From positions 4,833-68,832 of the IMG/VR virus record IMGVR_UViG_3300005543_000001: a stretch of DNA of 64,000 nt; one strand, written 5' to 3'. Positions 8,984 to 19,210 of the stretch are shown in pieces; the first letter of the stretch is position 1, and each line of letters opens with the position of its first letter. The notes beneath the pieces were generated by a model, which saw only the letters and a list, made by a program, of their open reading frames with translations, did no database searches and was not told the DNA's origin. This stretch comes from a virus (lineage: Duplodnaviria > Caudoviricetes). A program made the translations under genes and the position numbers.

Positions 8984-9862
8984 TCAAAAGTTCCGGGGCC
9001 CTGGATCGGCGAACTGCACTTCGCAGAATGTAATCGCTTGCGCGGCTGCATGGGCAACCAGAGTCACCTGAAACACGTCCTGCGCGCCATTCGTGAGAAG
9101 CGCCGTCGCGCTCGTATCAATCGAAATGAGCCCGTCTGCTGCGAATGTCTGCGTGTCTGTTCCCAGGGTGGTCCCTGCGTTTTGGTAGGGCGGGCTGAGT
9201 GCTGTCCGAATCTGATTCGCCTGGACGTCGAATGCGGCGCCGTGCCCATCGCTTAGCGCAACTCGGACACGAGTTAGTTTTGATTCATGCGGCAGGTTGA
9301 AGCTCAAGACCAATACTGCGTTGTCGACCACGGACACTATCGATGATGGATTGCCGAGAATGGCGAGGTGGCTCCATTGCGCGGATTGTAGTCCCTCCCT
9401 CCCATTCAGAATCGGCAGCATCCTGGTCCGTAGGCGCGGTCGCGCGCTGCCAAGGTCATCTCCGTAGGTGATTTCGTTCGTGTCGCCACCGACGACGAAC
9501 GCATCGAACACGCCGACGCTCTCCGCAAAGCCGTGGCTCCCCTTCCACTGATAGGACTTTTCCAGAAAGCTGACGGTCTGATACAGGGTCCCCGCGAGCA
9601 GGCTAGTCGCGGCCCTGACGATGTTGTTGACCGCGGTCAGGTACTGCGACGCGCCAACCTTATCGGGCGTGTTCGATGGAGCCAAGCCGCCTGCGGCGAG
9701 CAGGGCCTGCTGAAACCCCCAGATGTCGTTGACCAGGTCCGCTTCCCAGGGCGTCCCGCTGCCATCACCAGGCGTCCCTACGTTTCGCGCCTTGCCATTC
9801 GGGTAGCCGGGGTCGTTGACTTCGGTCTGTGCTGGGTACTTCGACTTGGGAATGATGGCCAC
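8984..9862 (-). CDS. Tail fibre protein with Mu gpS-like baseplate-anchor N-terminus
   Basis: YPNGKARN...GTPWEADLVNDIWGFQQALL...SQYLTAV. Confidence 0.7.
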   Translation of the reverse strand: MAIIPKSKYPAQTEVNDPGYPNGKARNVGTPGDGSGTPWEADLVNDIWGFQQALLAAGGLAPSNTPDKVGASQYLTAVNNIVRAATSLLAGTLYQTVSFLEKSYQWKGSHGFAESVGVFDAFVVGGDTNEITYGDDLGSARPRLRTRMLPILNGREGLQSAQWSHLAILGNPSSIVSVVDNAVLVLSFNLPHESKLTRVRVALSDGHGAAFDVQANQIRTALSPPYQNAGTTLGTDTQTFAADGLISIDTSATALLTNGAQDVFQVTLVAHAAAQAITFCEVQFADPGPRNF

Positions 9863-9875
9863 GAGCGAACCTCGA

Positions 9876-11069
9876 TCAGACGAAGACGATGGAACCGAGC
9901 TTGGCCTTCTCACCTTGCCCGAGGGTGTATGCGGGGATCGTCTCGTTTGCGAACGACAGTGTGACCGCCGCGACGGATCCACCGAGCGAGCTCGCCACGT
10001 CATCGACAATCCCGGAGACCGCCGCGAGGGTGACGCGATCGCTCCGCGGCAGAATCGACAGCCCCGTGATGAAAGGCTCACGCGTCCGCAGGTACTCGTC
10101 GAGCGCGTCCTCGATCGACTGCCTCGTGTTTGCGTCGCCCTCGAGGCCGGTGACGCGCACATCAAAGCTTGCGCGTCTGATCGGCAGGATGTTGACCGCG
10201 GCATTCACCGGGCGCCGCGTGGCCTTGCCCGCAACGTCGAGTTGGATGAGATCGTCGACGGAGCTGCGTTGCGCGACCGTGGGTACCCCGTCCTCGCTGC
10301 CCGAGCTCTCAGGGGTGGCTTCGACGTACACATCGACCTCGCCCGGTGCGCCCCGATAGACGTACGCGTGCGTGATGCCCGCCGCCTCTTCTGCCCAGAC
10401 GGCATAGTCCGCCACGGCGCCTCCCTGGGGCTTGCGCTGGCAGCGACGGATCACCCGGCCTCGATAGGCCGCATCACTCTCCGCGTTGGCACCTGTGACG
10501 ACCTGGGCGAGGACAGCCACGTCCCGCGCCACGTTCGGAAGGGGATTGGCGAACTGCAGGGTGGCGCCGGCCAGCACGTTGCCGACCGTGCCTTCTCCGT
10601 GGCCCCCCTGCTGGTCGCTCGACGCGCGCACCGTGGCAACCACGGAGGCAGCATCCAGCAACACCGGCGCAGTCGTCACGTAGACGACACCCGTCGCCGG
10701 GTAGATAAGCTGCGCGCCAGCCGCCAGCGGGGTTGCACTCTGGCTCTGTACCTTGATCGCGACCTGCAGCTCGGCGCGAGTCGCAGCGATCGGATCCCCC
10801 ACGCCGATCAGGCGACCCCACTCGACGAGCGGACGAACCATCCTCCCGAGGATCTCCGTCTCGCGCATGCTCGCGGTCGACACGAAGATCTGGAGCACGA
10901 TCCAGCTCGCGTACTTGTAGAGCAGCACGTTCATGCCCGCCTGCACCTTGGCGACGACACGCGTGTAGGCCTTGTCCAGAAACGGCGTGCTCTGCTCGAC
11001 CGACGCGTCGACCTGCGCGATGTAGTCGTCTGCGAGCTGCTGCGTCGTCGGGATCGGCTGGCTCATCAT
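9876..11069 (-). CDS. Baseplate J-like protein (Mu gp47)
   Basis: GANAESDAAYRGRVI...PQGGAVADYAVWA. Confidence 0.9.
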   Translation of the reverse strand: MMSQPIPTTQQLADDYIAQVDASVEQSTPFLDKAYTRVVAKVQAGMNVLLYKYASWIVLQIFVSTASMRETEILGRMVRPLVEWGRLIGVGDPIAATRAELQVAIKVQSQSATPLAAGAQLIYPATGVVYVTTAPVLLDAASVVATVRASSDQQGGHGEGTVGNVLAGATLQFANPLPNVARDVAVLAQVVTGANAESDAAYRGRVIRRCQRKPQGGAVADYAVWAEEAAGITHAYVYRGAPGEVDVYVEATPESSGSEDGVPTVAQRSSVDDLIQLDVAGKATRRPVNAAVNILPIRRASFDVRVTGLEGDANTRQSIEDALDEYLRTREPFITGLSILPRSDRVTLAAVSGIVDDVASSLGGSVAAVTLSFANETIPAYTLGQGEKAKLGSIVFV

Positions 11070-12007
11070 CCACCCCAGGCCTGATCGTGCGCGAACGTGA
11101 TCGTCTGCTCACCCGGCACAAGTGCGCACCATACCGCGAGCTGCACGCGGTTCCGCGCAGGCATGCTCGCCCGCACATCGACCGACGCCACGCGCTTGCG
11201 CGCAATCAGCCAGGCGAGATCGTTGCGGACGGCAAACTCCAGGCGGCGGAGGTTGCCCGTCGTGGGCGGCAAGGTCGCCAGCAAGTGCTGCGTCTCGCTG
11301 CGATAGCGTCGGGCTGGCTCAGCCTCGCCGAAGTTACCCCACCATTGCTTGAGATCGTCGCCAGGCAGGCCACTGTCTGATTCGTTCCCGCCGAAGAGCG
11401 AGAGATAGGCGGCTGTCTCCAGCCCTGCGACCATGACCGGCTCGCCGCCGATAAGCTCGATTTCCCCACCGTCCTGCGCGTGGAAAAGACGCACGTCGGT
11501 GAATCCGGTAGCCCGTCTCGAGAGTGAGTTGATTCCTGGTTGAAGCGTCGATGGGGGATTGTAGACCGTCACAACACGCCGAAGGGTCCCGCCGCTATCG
11601 ATCACGGCAGCGTCGATCGTGACAGTACCTTTCCAGCCGCCCGTGCGCCGGACCTGCAGTCGGACTCCGTCCGTGAGAATCGTTCGAACGCTCGACAGAT
11701 AGTCAGTCGAAAAGCGCGCACCATCGTAGATGACGCGATCACCCGCATAGACCGTGACAATCGCAAGGACTCGATCGTCAGTGGCTTCGATCGTGATCGT
11801 CTCGCCCGGCGCGAGCGCACTACCGCTCGGGGGAATGATCGTCAGTAGAGGCGGCTGCTGGTCGATGCCGCTGAGGGCGTCGTCAGGACGCAGCGAGAGC
11901 CAGGGGTCGTCCTCGAAGATGGCGCTGGTCAGATTCGACGCGACGTCAAAGCGCGGCAGCCACAGCTCGTCTGCCGGCGCGAAGACGGTATCGACGAAGT
12001 CCGCCAT
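11066..12007 (-). CDS. Mu gp46-like baseplate protein with N-terminal Ig-like extension
   Basis: C-half LETAAYLSLFGG...WWG...DLAWL; extra ~170-aa N-terminal beta region. Confidence 0.7.
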   Translation of the reverse strand: MADFVDTVFAPADELWLPRFDVASNLTSAIFEDDPWLSLRPDDALSGIDQQPPLLTIIPPSGSALAPGETITIEATDDRVLAIVTVYAGDRVIYDGARFSTDYLSSVRTILTDGVRLQVRRTGGWKGTVTIDAAVIDSGGTLRRVVTVYNPPSTLQPGINSLSRRATGFTDVRLFHAQDGGEIELIGGEPVMVAGLETAAYLSLFGGNESDSGLPGDDLKQWWGNFGEAEPARRYRSETQHLLATLPPTTGNLRRLEFAVRNDLAWLIARKRVASVDVRASMPARNRVQLAVWCALVPGEQTITFAHDQAWGG

Positions 12008-12008
12008 C

Positions 12009-13064
12009 TTACGGTGAGCTTTCCGGCGCGACGGCCGTCCACGGCATGATCAAGTGTCCGAGCGTCAGACGCGGCGCTGCCCCTGCCAGGTCGTAAGTGG
12101 TGGGGTATTCTCTGGCCACCTTATTCATGAACGCATGTTCGAGCCTGCCGATATGTCGGCTGCCGATCGACGGTACGAGCACCCAAGGACGCTCGGTGCG
12201 GAAGCGTCCATCGTTGCCGGGCTGCTGGTAGAAGGGTGGTGTTGCGCCGATGCCGGCGTTCTGGCTGTAGCCGAGCGTGCACGCGGCGAGCGTGTCTCCA
12301 CCACGCCAGCCGCCCGAAGAGAGCGCGCCCGTGCTGCCGTTGCCGACCGTGCCCCAGACGCGAGGCCAGGAGCCGAAGGCGCAGGCAAGGGGATGCGTCA
12401 CGCCCACGTCGATATCGGTCAGCGACTCCCAGAGACCGCCTGTGCAAGGCGCGTTCGTCGTGCGATTCCAGACGCTGAAAAACCAAGGCGCGACGTTGCC
12501 CGCGCGCGACGAAGTCTCGACCGCAATCTGCAACCAGAACTGCTGCGTGGAGTTGATGCCGAAGTCGCCCTGGTTGCCCGTCGCCAGCTCCGCGAAGCTG
12601 CCGCTGCTGCCGTTCCAGAGGGTGCCGGCCAGAAACCCCACGTTGCCGGTCAAGGCTGGCGGAGCGAGCGCGGATGCGCCCGTGGTGGCCACGCCGGTCG
12701 CGACGGCAATCGCCGCGCACGCGCCCGCGTCGCTGTTGCTGGTGGCGCTGCTGCGCTGGATCAGGAGGACGCGACCGCTGGCGATCTCTTCCAGCAAGAG
12801 CCAGGCACGCGGCTGCGTGATCGAGTTGTTGCGGACGGCGTTGTAGGCGGTCGCGTCTTGCGACCAGGCAGGGCTCGCGGTGAAGACGTCGAAGCTCGGT
12901 CCTGCTGTCTGTCCGTCGAGCTGGAATGCAGCCTTGCCATCGCCCGAGCCACGGACGCGCCAGCGGCCGCTCGCCACGAGCGCGTTCTTGAGCGCGATCA
13001 GAACGTGCCCGAGCTTGTCCTCAAGTGCGGGCAAGAGGACGTTGGTTGTGTAGACGAATGCCAT
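12009..13064 (-). CDS. Hypothetical virion protein between spike and gp46-like genes
   Basis: 351-aa Gly/Ser/Thr-rich ORF in tail operon. Confidence 0.55.
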   Translation of the reverse strand: MAFVYTTNVLLPALEDKLGHVLIALKNALVASGRWRVRGSGDGKAAFQLDGQTAGPSFDVFTASPAWSQDATAYNAVRNNSITQPRAWLLLEEIASGRVLLIQRSSATSNSDAGACAAIAVATGVATTGASALAPPALTGNVGFLAGTLWNGSSGSFAELATGNQGDFGINSTQQFWLQIAVETSSRAGNVAPWFFSVWNRTTNAPCTGGLWESLTDIDVGVTHPLACAFGSWPRVWGTVGNGSTGALSSGGWRGGDTLAACTLGYSQNAGIGATPPFYQQPGNDGRFRTERPWVLVPSIGSRHIGRLEHAFMNKVAREYPTTYDLAGAAPRLTLGHLIMPWTAVAPESSP

Positions 13065-13066
13065 GG

Positions 13067-13633
13067 TCAGGGCCCCGGAGGCTTGGGTACGGGTGGTGGG
13101 ATCGCCGAGGATGGAGTCCCGAGCGCGGCGGTCGCGTGCACGTGCGATGCGAGGGTCACGCTCACGGGCCCAGCCGTCATCGCAGTCACGTCGCCCGGCG
13201 CTTCAATCGAGCCGGCTGCCGTAAACTTCACGCCATTGATCACGACGTCGCGGCCGCTGATTTTGAAGCTACCGTCCGCGTTCATCTCGAACATGGCCGA
13301 AGCGTTCTCGATCACGACCGAGCCGTCCGAGTGCAACCAGATCTCCACGACCGGCGCGCCATCCGCTTTGCGCGCATAGAGGCGCTTCTCTCCTGGACCT
13401 GCCTTGCCAGCGTTCCGCACGTCGGCGTAACCCGTGGCGTGCTCGCCGCCTGAGCCGCTCGAATCATCGAGCGCGACGTAGTCCCCGGGCAGCGGGGCGG
13501 AGTCGTCACCCGGGTCGGCGAAGTGCGGCGCCGTGATAATGTTGCCGCCGTCGGGATCGCACTTCACGTCGGCTCCGTGGGCGCCGTCTTCGATCACGCG
13601 ATCGAACGATAGGAGGTAGGCGACGCGGCTCAT
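13067..13633 (-). CDS. Baseplate spike (Mu gp45/GpV-like)
   Basis: OB-like N-terminus, beta-helix repeats, C-terminal SHVH metal motif. Confidence 0.85.
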   Translation of the reverse strand: MSRVAYLLSFDRVIEDGAHGADVKCDPDGGNIITAPHFADPGDDSAPLPGDYVALDDSSGSGGEHATGYADVRNAGKAGPGEKRLYARKADGAPVVEIWLHSDGSVVIENASAMFEMNADGSFKISGRDVVINGVKFTAAGSIEAPGDVTAMTAGPVSVTLASHVHATAALGTPSSAIPPPVPKPPGP

Positions 13634-14721
13634 GCCTCTTCCCACGGCATGCGAGGTGGGGCTTCGCCACTGAACGCACCTGGAAGCACGAGCCCGAGCG
13701 ACGCGGTGCGCTCACCTTCGCTCTCTTTCAAGTAGACATCTCGCACGAGCAGCTCCATTTCGCTGTAGACCATGGCCCGCGGTGCGAGCAGCGTGATCGT
13801 GGTGTTCGGCTCCCACAGCCTGCCGCTTGGATCACGCCAGCTGGGAAGCTGCACGACGTACGTGACGGCATTCGCGAACATCCTTGCCATCTTCGCGCGA
13901 ACAGCAGCGGGGGCGTCGCCTTTTTCCACATCATCGAGCGTGAACGACAGCGAGCGCAGGATCGTCCCCGCGAGTCGATCGTTTCGCTGCGTGTACTTCG
14001 AGCCCGTCGTTCCCCGCTTGGCGGTCGTGAAGCCGGTGATCTCGCTGTAGTACTCCTGCGGGCTGAACGTCGCCGTCACTTCGACGATTCCCGCCTCGCC
14101 CTCGCGCAGACGTGCGACAGGCTTGCCTGGCTTGACGCTCTGCCAGAGCAAGAGGTCTCCGCGCGCGTTGCTGGTGCGCACGACGCCACGCTGCTTGGCG
14201 AGCTCGACCAGGAAGTCGTCGACCTTCGTGTCGTGGTCGACCTTCGTGTCCACGCGCGAGCGCTTCCTCTTCGTGTTGACCTTGCGAAACGCCTGCCCCT
14301 CGGGCGCGCGCATATCGACCCCAACCCCGTAGATTCCCGCCAGCCGCTGCGCGATCTGCCTGAGTGTCAGTCCAGCTGTCTCGAACGGAACGAGGTTCCC
14401 GGGCAGGTTGACGTCTTCGAGCAGAGCTGCCCTCGAGTAGGCGCTACAGCTGACCGTGGCCGAGTCTGCTGCTGCATGCGGGGTGACTCCGACCAGCAGG
14501 CCGGCGAAGAGCGGGACGCCCCCAAGCGTGCACGAGAGTGGCGTAAACGAACACGGACGGAATGCCTCGCGCGTCTCGAGTCGAGTGTGTTCGAACGGCG
14601 CGGCAAAGCCCACGCTAGGATGACTGTCGAGGCCAAGATGAACCTCGAGGTCATCCCAGGCACGCCAGGTCTTGCCGCCGATCTCGATCCCGACTTCGTC
14701 GAGCTCACGTGTAGTAGGCAA
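13630..14721 (-). CDS. Baseplate hub (Mu gp44/GpP-like)
   Basis: Size, WRDPSGRLWEPN motif, position after gpN-like gene. Confidence 0.85.
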   Translation of the reverse strand: MPTTRELDEVGIEIGGKTWRAWDDLEVHLGLDSHPSVGFAAPFEHTRLETREAFRPCSFTPLSCTLGGVPLFAGLLVGVTPHAAADSATVSCSAYSRAALLEDVNLPGNLVPFETAGLTLRQIAQRLAGIYGVGVDMRAPEGQAFRKVNTKRKRSRVDTKVDHDTKVDDFLVELAKQRGVVRTSNARGDLLLWQSVKPGKPVARLREGEAGIVEVTATFSPQEYYSEITGFTTAKRGTTGSKYTQRNDRLAGTILRSLSFTLDDVEKGDAPAAVRAKMARMFANAVTYVVQLPSWRDPSGRLWEPNTTITLLAPRAMVYSEMELLVRDVYLKESEGERTASLGLVLPGAFSGEAPPRMPWEEA

Positions 14722-15964
14722 TCGACGCCCCCGCAGGCAGCTCGAGTATCTCCGAACCGGAAAGCTCGTTCGTGCTGATCAATGAATCGAGCCGGCTGTC
14801 GACGGCGCCGTAGACCTCTGCCGCCACGTCGATGATCGTTCGCGGCCGGTCGAGCACGAGTCGCCGCTCCGTGGCCAGTGCGAAGCTCGCCTCGATCAGG
14901 TACCCGACGGCGCGCGCCGTCCCATGCTGTAGCGCCTGCTGCGCCCGGCCCGGATCAGGGAGGCCGAGGAAGACGACCGCATACTCGCGCCAGGCGACGA
15001 GCTGCCGGAACTGCATAAGCACTTCCTCAGCGGCGTTCAGCGCGGCGGGCTTTGCTTCGAAGCGGGTCTCGTAGACAGTCCGCAGACTACCGCCGACAGC
15101 TTGCTGCGCGAAGAAGTCCGACGTCCGAAAGTCGTTCGCCAGCCGCAGTTGACGATCCGCCAGCACCGGGCTCGTGAAGGTGTCGAGGGTCGCGCGGGTA
15201 AAGATTCGCTCCGCCAGATCGCGATAGCCCGCGAGCCGCATCTCGATTCCCACCACGGCGCGCGCCGGGGCCTGCAGCAGATTGATCACCTGCTGCGCGA
15301 GCTGCAGGGGCTGACCGACCAGCAGATCGATCCCGTAGTTGATCGCACTCTGCGCGTCCCGAAATGCCGTGTCGGCGGCGGTCACTGCATCCGCTGCGCC
15401 GCCCATGGCATCAGCGACAAGCCGGACCAGATCGCGCGAGGTCGACTTCGTCACAGCGCGCGCGGCCGCCGTCTTCGAGTCAACCTGCTCCGCGAACTCT
15501 TCCGAGCTGGCGAGGTCTATCGCGTCGAGGGCGGCGAGCAGTTCGTTCCGCGGACTCGCCAGCCCCGACGGGTAAAGCGCCTCCAGGGTGGCGAAGAAGG
15601 TGACCTCCACGATCGACTGATTCGCGCCCGTCTTGAGGTCGTCCCGCCGCGTGATCGTGCCGTAAGGGATCGCGTCGAAGGAGCCGTAGAAGGGATGGTC
15701 GAGTCGGCCGATCCCCCGCTCGAGCAGCCCAACCTCGAACGCGGTCGCCGCCAGGTCATGACTCTCGCCTGTGAAGAAGCAGCGCAGCGGGTAGCGCCGG
15801 ACGCCATACCCGTTGTCCTGCACATAGCCGCCGTCGACACCGGGGAACTGGAACAGCGCGGTGCGCTTGTCGGTCTCGCGCGAGACATCCTCGTAGAGGA
15901 AGGTCATCCGGATCCCGCTCGGGGGCGTATAGGCCCCCTCACGCACGCGATCCTGCCAAGCCAC
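14705..15964 (-). CDS. DNA circularisation protein N-like (Mu gpN)
   Basis: WQDRVREGAY...FQFPGVDGGYVQDNG...LDHPFYG; C-terminal LysM-like motif. Confidence 0.85.
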   Translation of the reverse strand: MAWQDRVREGAYTPPSGIRMTFLYEDVSRETDKRTALFQFPGVDGGYVQDNGYGVRRYPLRCFFTGESHDLAATAFEVGLLERGIGRLDHPFYGSFDAIPYGTITRRDDLKTGANQSIVEVTFFATLEALYPSGLASPRNELLAALDAIDLASSEEFAEQVDSKTAAARAVTKSTSRDLVRLVADAMGGAADAVTAADTAFRDAQSAINYGIDLLVGQPLQLAQQVINLLQAPARAVVGIEMRLAGYRDLAERIFTRATLDTFTSPVLADRQLRLANDFRTSDFFAQQAVGGSLRTVYETRFEAKPAALNAAEEVLMQFRQLVAWREYAVVFLGLPDPGRAQQALQHGTARAVGYLIEASFALATERRLVLDRPRTIIDVAAEVYGAVDSRLDSLISTNELSGSEILELPAGASIAYYT

Positions 15965-18060
15965 TAGAAGCCGCCTGACTGCGCGAGCGAAAGGCTCATG
16001 TTGGCGCCTGGCGACTGCTTCGAGAAGCTGGCTTTGCCAGTCTGGTCGCGAATCACGAGCTCGCTCTGGTTGGTCGTGGTGGTCTCGCTGATCGACCGGG
16101 CGACACGATCAGCAGGGCTCACGACTTGCGGGCCCGTCGTTGGTGCGCTCGTACCTTCGCTGGATTCTTCGTCTGTACCGAGGACCGAGCGGCCAAGTGC
16201 GCGTACTTTGTCCACGGCCCAGGTGATCTTATCGAGGATCGGAGCGAGCACCCTCTCGAAGACGCCCGAAATGCCCGACCAGAGCTTCGAAAAGAAGCCC
16301 GTCAGCGCGCCCCAGATTGTCGTGAATCCCTCGTACCAGACCTTGCCGACCGCAAGCACGGCGTCAAATGCCACGCTCGCGACTGCTGTGACTTGATCCC
16401 AAAGCCAGCGAAACGCCTCGAAGACAGGCTCGATCACGCGGTCGTAAAGGAAGCCGCCGACCGTCGCCATGATGCGGAAGAGCGGGTCCAGGATCGGCTT
16501 CCAGATCAGCACCATCATGCCGACGATGAATTCGAAAAAGCCCGTCAGGAGAGGTTTCAAGACGCCCCACAGAGCGCTGAATATCCCCACCACCTTCTCG
16601 ACGATGAAGCCGGCGATGTCGACCATTCCCTGCCAGATCGACGCGAAGAAGGCGACGATGTCCGGCCAGAACGCGACGATCAGGGCAAGCACTGCTGTGA
16701 TCGCGACGAGCCAGATCGTGAGCGGCGTCGCACTCAGCAACCACACCGCAGCGGTCACGAGCTTGATCGCAACCGCGACCGCAGTGATGACCGCGATGAA
16801 GCGCGCGATCCGACCAGCCCACGCTAGGATGGTGTCGAGGTTATCGGCGATCCACTTGAAGGCGTTCCCAATGCCTTCGACAATCGCCGCTTGGTTCTTG
16901 CTCAGCCACGCATCCATCTGCTGGATGACCTTGCGCAGCGGGCCGCTCTCGAGCGCATAGACATCAATCAGGAACGTGTTGAAGCCTTCTTTGAGACGAT
17001 CGATGTCGCCGCCGAGAGTGTCCATGCGAATCTTTGCCATCTTCTCGGCGGTGCCTGCAGACTTGGACAGCGCCTCTTGCAGTTCGAGGAAGCCGCCACT
17101 CGCCTTCCCAAGCGAGTCCTTCAAGTTGATCGCGGCACGCTGTCCACGCATGCCAACGAGCTCCGCGAAGAAAGCTGCCTGCGCCATGTTGCCGCCTGCA
17201 CCCTTCGCCGCCTGTGTGAACGCCTTCAAGACTTCCACCGGGCTCTTCATGTTGCCGGCTGCATCTTGAAAGGAGATCCCGAACTTCTTCATCTTGCCGC
17301 GCGCTTCATCGGTCGGATCGCTGAGCTTGGTCAGCATGGTGGCAACCGCAGTGCCAGCCTCGGACGCATCGATGCCCACGTCCTGCAAGAGCGCCGCCAT
17401 CGCAAGCGCGTCGTTCACGTGAATCCCGAACTGCTTCGCGGTCGGGGCGAGCTTCGACATGCTCTCCGCAAGGGAAGACATGCTGCTGTCGGTCTTCACG
17501 CTTGCGAGCGCCATCGCATCTGCAAGTGACTGCGCTTGGTTCGCTTCGAGTCCCATCCCCTTCATGACGTGCGTCACAGCTGCAGTGGTCTCTGCGAGGT
17601 CCTCGCCTGCGGCAGACGCCGCGTAGACCATGCCGGGAATCGCCGCGAGGATCTGCTGCTCGTCGAGCCCCGCCTTGCTCATCTGCTCCATGGCGTGGAC
17701 GACGTCGGTCGAGCTGAACTGTGTCTCAGCGCCAAGCTTTTTGGCTGCCTTCTCGAGGGCCCCGAGCTGGTCGCGCGTCTGCAGCGACGTCGCCCCGAGG
17801 TTCGCCATGGCCTGGTCGAACTCCATGCCCGGCTGCGCCGCCGCCCAGAGCGCAGCGCCTACGCCTGCGGCAGCTGCGGCGGCACCGATGCCTGCGTTCT
17901 TCAGCCCACCGAGCCACCTGTCTGCCGCTCCATCGAGCTGCTTGAAGCTCTTCTCGGTCGCCTTCGTGAAGCGCTCCATGCGCGACTGCATCTTCGTGAT
18001 TGGCGCGGTCATCTTGTCGATCGCGCGGAACACCGCGTCGACGCTAAAGCGACCAGCCAT
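15964..18060 (-). CDS. Tape measure protein, TP901-type
   Basis: FDQAMANLGA, LGAETQFS, GIDASEAGTAV; Trp-periodic C-terminus. Confidence 0.92.
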   Translation of the reverse strand: MAGRFSVDAVFRAIDKMTAPITKMQSRMERFTKATEKSFKQLDGAADRWLGGLKNAGIGAAAAAAGVGAALWAAAQPGMEFDQAMANLGATSLQTRDQLGALEKAAKKLGAETQFSSTDVVHAMEQMSKAGLDEQQILAAIPGMVYAASAAGEDLAETTAAVTHVMKGMGLEANQAQSLADAMALASVKTDSSMSSLAESMSKLAPTAKQFGIHVNDALAMAALLQDVGIDASEAGTAVATMLTKLSDPTDEARGKMKKFGISFQDAAGNMKSPVEVLKAFTQAAKGAGGNMAQAAFFAELVGMRGQRAAINLKDSLGKASGGFLELQEALSKSAGTAEKMAKIRMDTLGGDIDRLKEGFNTFLIDVYALESGPLRKVIQQMDAWLSKNQAAIVEGIGNAFKWIADNLDTILAWAGRIARFIAVITAVAVAIKLVTAAVWLLSATPLTIWLVAITAVLALIVAFWPDIVAFFASIWQGMVDIAGFIVEKVVGIFSALWGVLKPLLTGFFEFIVGMMVLIWKPILDPLFRIMATVGGFLYDRVIEPVFEAFRWLWDQVTAVASVAFDAVLAVGKVWYEGFTTIWGALTGFFSKLWSGISGVFERVLAPILDKITWAVDKVRALGRSVLGTDEESSEGTSAPTTGPQVVSPADRVARSISETTTTNQSELVIRDQTGKASFSKQSPGANMSLSLAQSGGF

Positions 18061-18068
18061 GAACCACC

Positions 18069-18760
18069 TTACCTTCGGCGACGAGCAACGGGTCGACGGG
18101 CCACGGGTCCACCCGAAGGCTTCGTGTGCTTCTTCAGCTCAGCCCGCAGCCCCGAATAGAAGAAGCGGATCTCGGCCATGGTCAGCGTGCGCGGATCAGG
18201 AACGCCCGGGTAGTCGCGGCAGACCTGCAGCAACATCTCACCGTAGACGGGCAGGAGCGTGTGCCCAGGTTCGCCGCGCAGGGCGTGTAGCCTTGCGTCT
18301 TCGCCGCCGCGCACGAGCGGGGTCGAGACGCTCAGCCCAAAAAAAGCTTCACGAGCGTCTGGCACACCTTGAAGTCGCGATTCGCCAGCTTCGCGAATGT
18401 CTTGGCGTCGGTCCGCGTCATGTCCGCCAGGACCGCGATCATCTTCGCCACGTCTTGGCCCTTCTTGTGCGCGTCCGTCGCCATGAAGGTGGCGCCGGTT
18501 GGCTCATAGAAGGTGATTGCACGACCGTCGCCTGACTGCGGCGTGAAGACCGGCTGGCCGCGGTCGTCGACGACGACATGCTGCCGCTCGATTGCGCGCA
18601 CGATCACGGCTTTGGCCTCTTCGAAGCCCTTGATGTCCTCCGCGTCCATCCGTGACGTGTCGATGTCCAAATCCATCGCTTCGCAGAAGCGCTCGAACTC
18701 GGCTTCGGCGACCTCGCGTGCGACCCCGCGCGTCAGGTCGAGCACCTTCGCTGATTCCAT
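18069..18760 (-). CDS. Tail assembly chaperone, extended -1 frameshift product (G-T / E-E' type)
   Basis: ORF 18069-18365 lies in -1 frame of the chaperone and is joined at TTTTTTG. Confidence 0.75.
18332..18760 (-). CDS. Tail assembly chaperone (short form)
   Basis: Between tube and tape measure genes. Confidence 0.8.
   Translation of the reverse strand: MESAKVLDLTRGVAREVAEAEFERFCEAMDLDIDTSRMDAEDIKGFEEAKAVIVRAIERQHVVVDDRGQPVFTPQSGDGRAITFYEPTGATFMATDAHKKGQDVAKMIAVLADMTRTDAKTFAKLANRDFKVCQTLVKLFLG
18338..18344 (-). other. Slippery heptamer T TTT TTG
   Basis: AAG CTT TTT TTG GGC TGA; X XXY YYZ pattern just before the stop. Confidence 0.8.
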
Positions 18761-18775
18761 GTCTCCCCCTCGTTC

Positions 18776-19177
18776 CTACTGCTTGGTCAGCTCTCCGGGC
18801 CCGGCAAGCGACAGCCCCGCGGTTGACGCCTGCGAGGCGTACTCGACGGCGTCAACGACGGTGCCACGCCCCGAATACACGGCACCCGAGGCGTAGGTGA
18901 TCGCGATGGCGTAAAAGCCGTCGATGTCGGCACGTCTCCCGTTCTGCAGCTCCTGCAGAAACTCTTGGTCGGCGCGCAGGTCGTTGACGTCGATCACGAC
19001 ACCACTCAGCGACCATCCGGTGCGCGTCTTGATTACGCGCGCCGTGCTGTCGCCGTTCATCTGCAACTCATTCTCGAAGCCGCCGAGCTTGCGCGCGACG
19101 TCGGCATCGGCCGCGACGCTGAAGTTGCGCCCGCGAATCGATACTGATTCGATGCTTCCGCCAGTCGACATGTCCAT
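18776..19177 (-). CDS. Tail tube protein
   Basis: ~131 aa immediately after sheath. Confidence 0.8.
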   Translation of the reverse strand: MDMSTGGSIESVSIRGRNFSVAADADVARKLGGFENELQMNGDSTARVIKTRTGWSLSGVVIDVNDLRADQEFLQELQNGRRADIDGFYAIAITYASGAVYSGRGTVVDAVEYASQASTAGLSLAGPGELTKQ

Positions 19178-19210
19178 CTCTCCTGCGGACAGCGCGCCCG
19201 CGTCGTGGGG

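Noticed and set aside
4421-9862. Invertible tail-fibre cassette or diversity-generating retroelement
   Set aside because: All fibre genes are on one strand; no invertase, reverse transcriptase or template/variable repeat pair seen.
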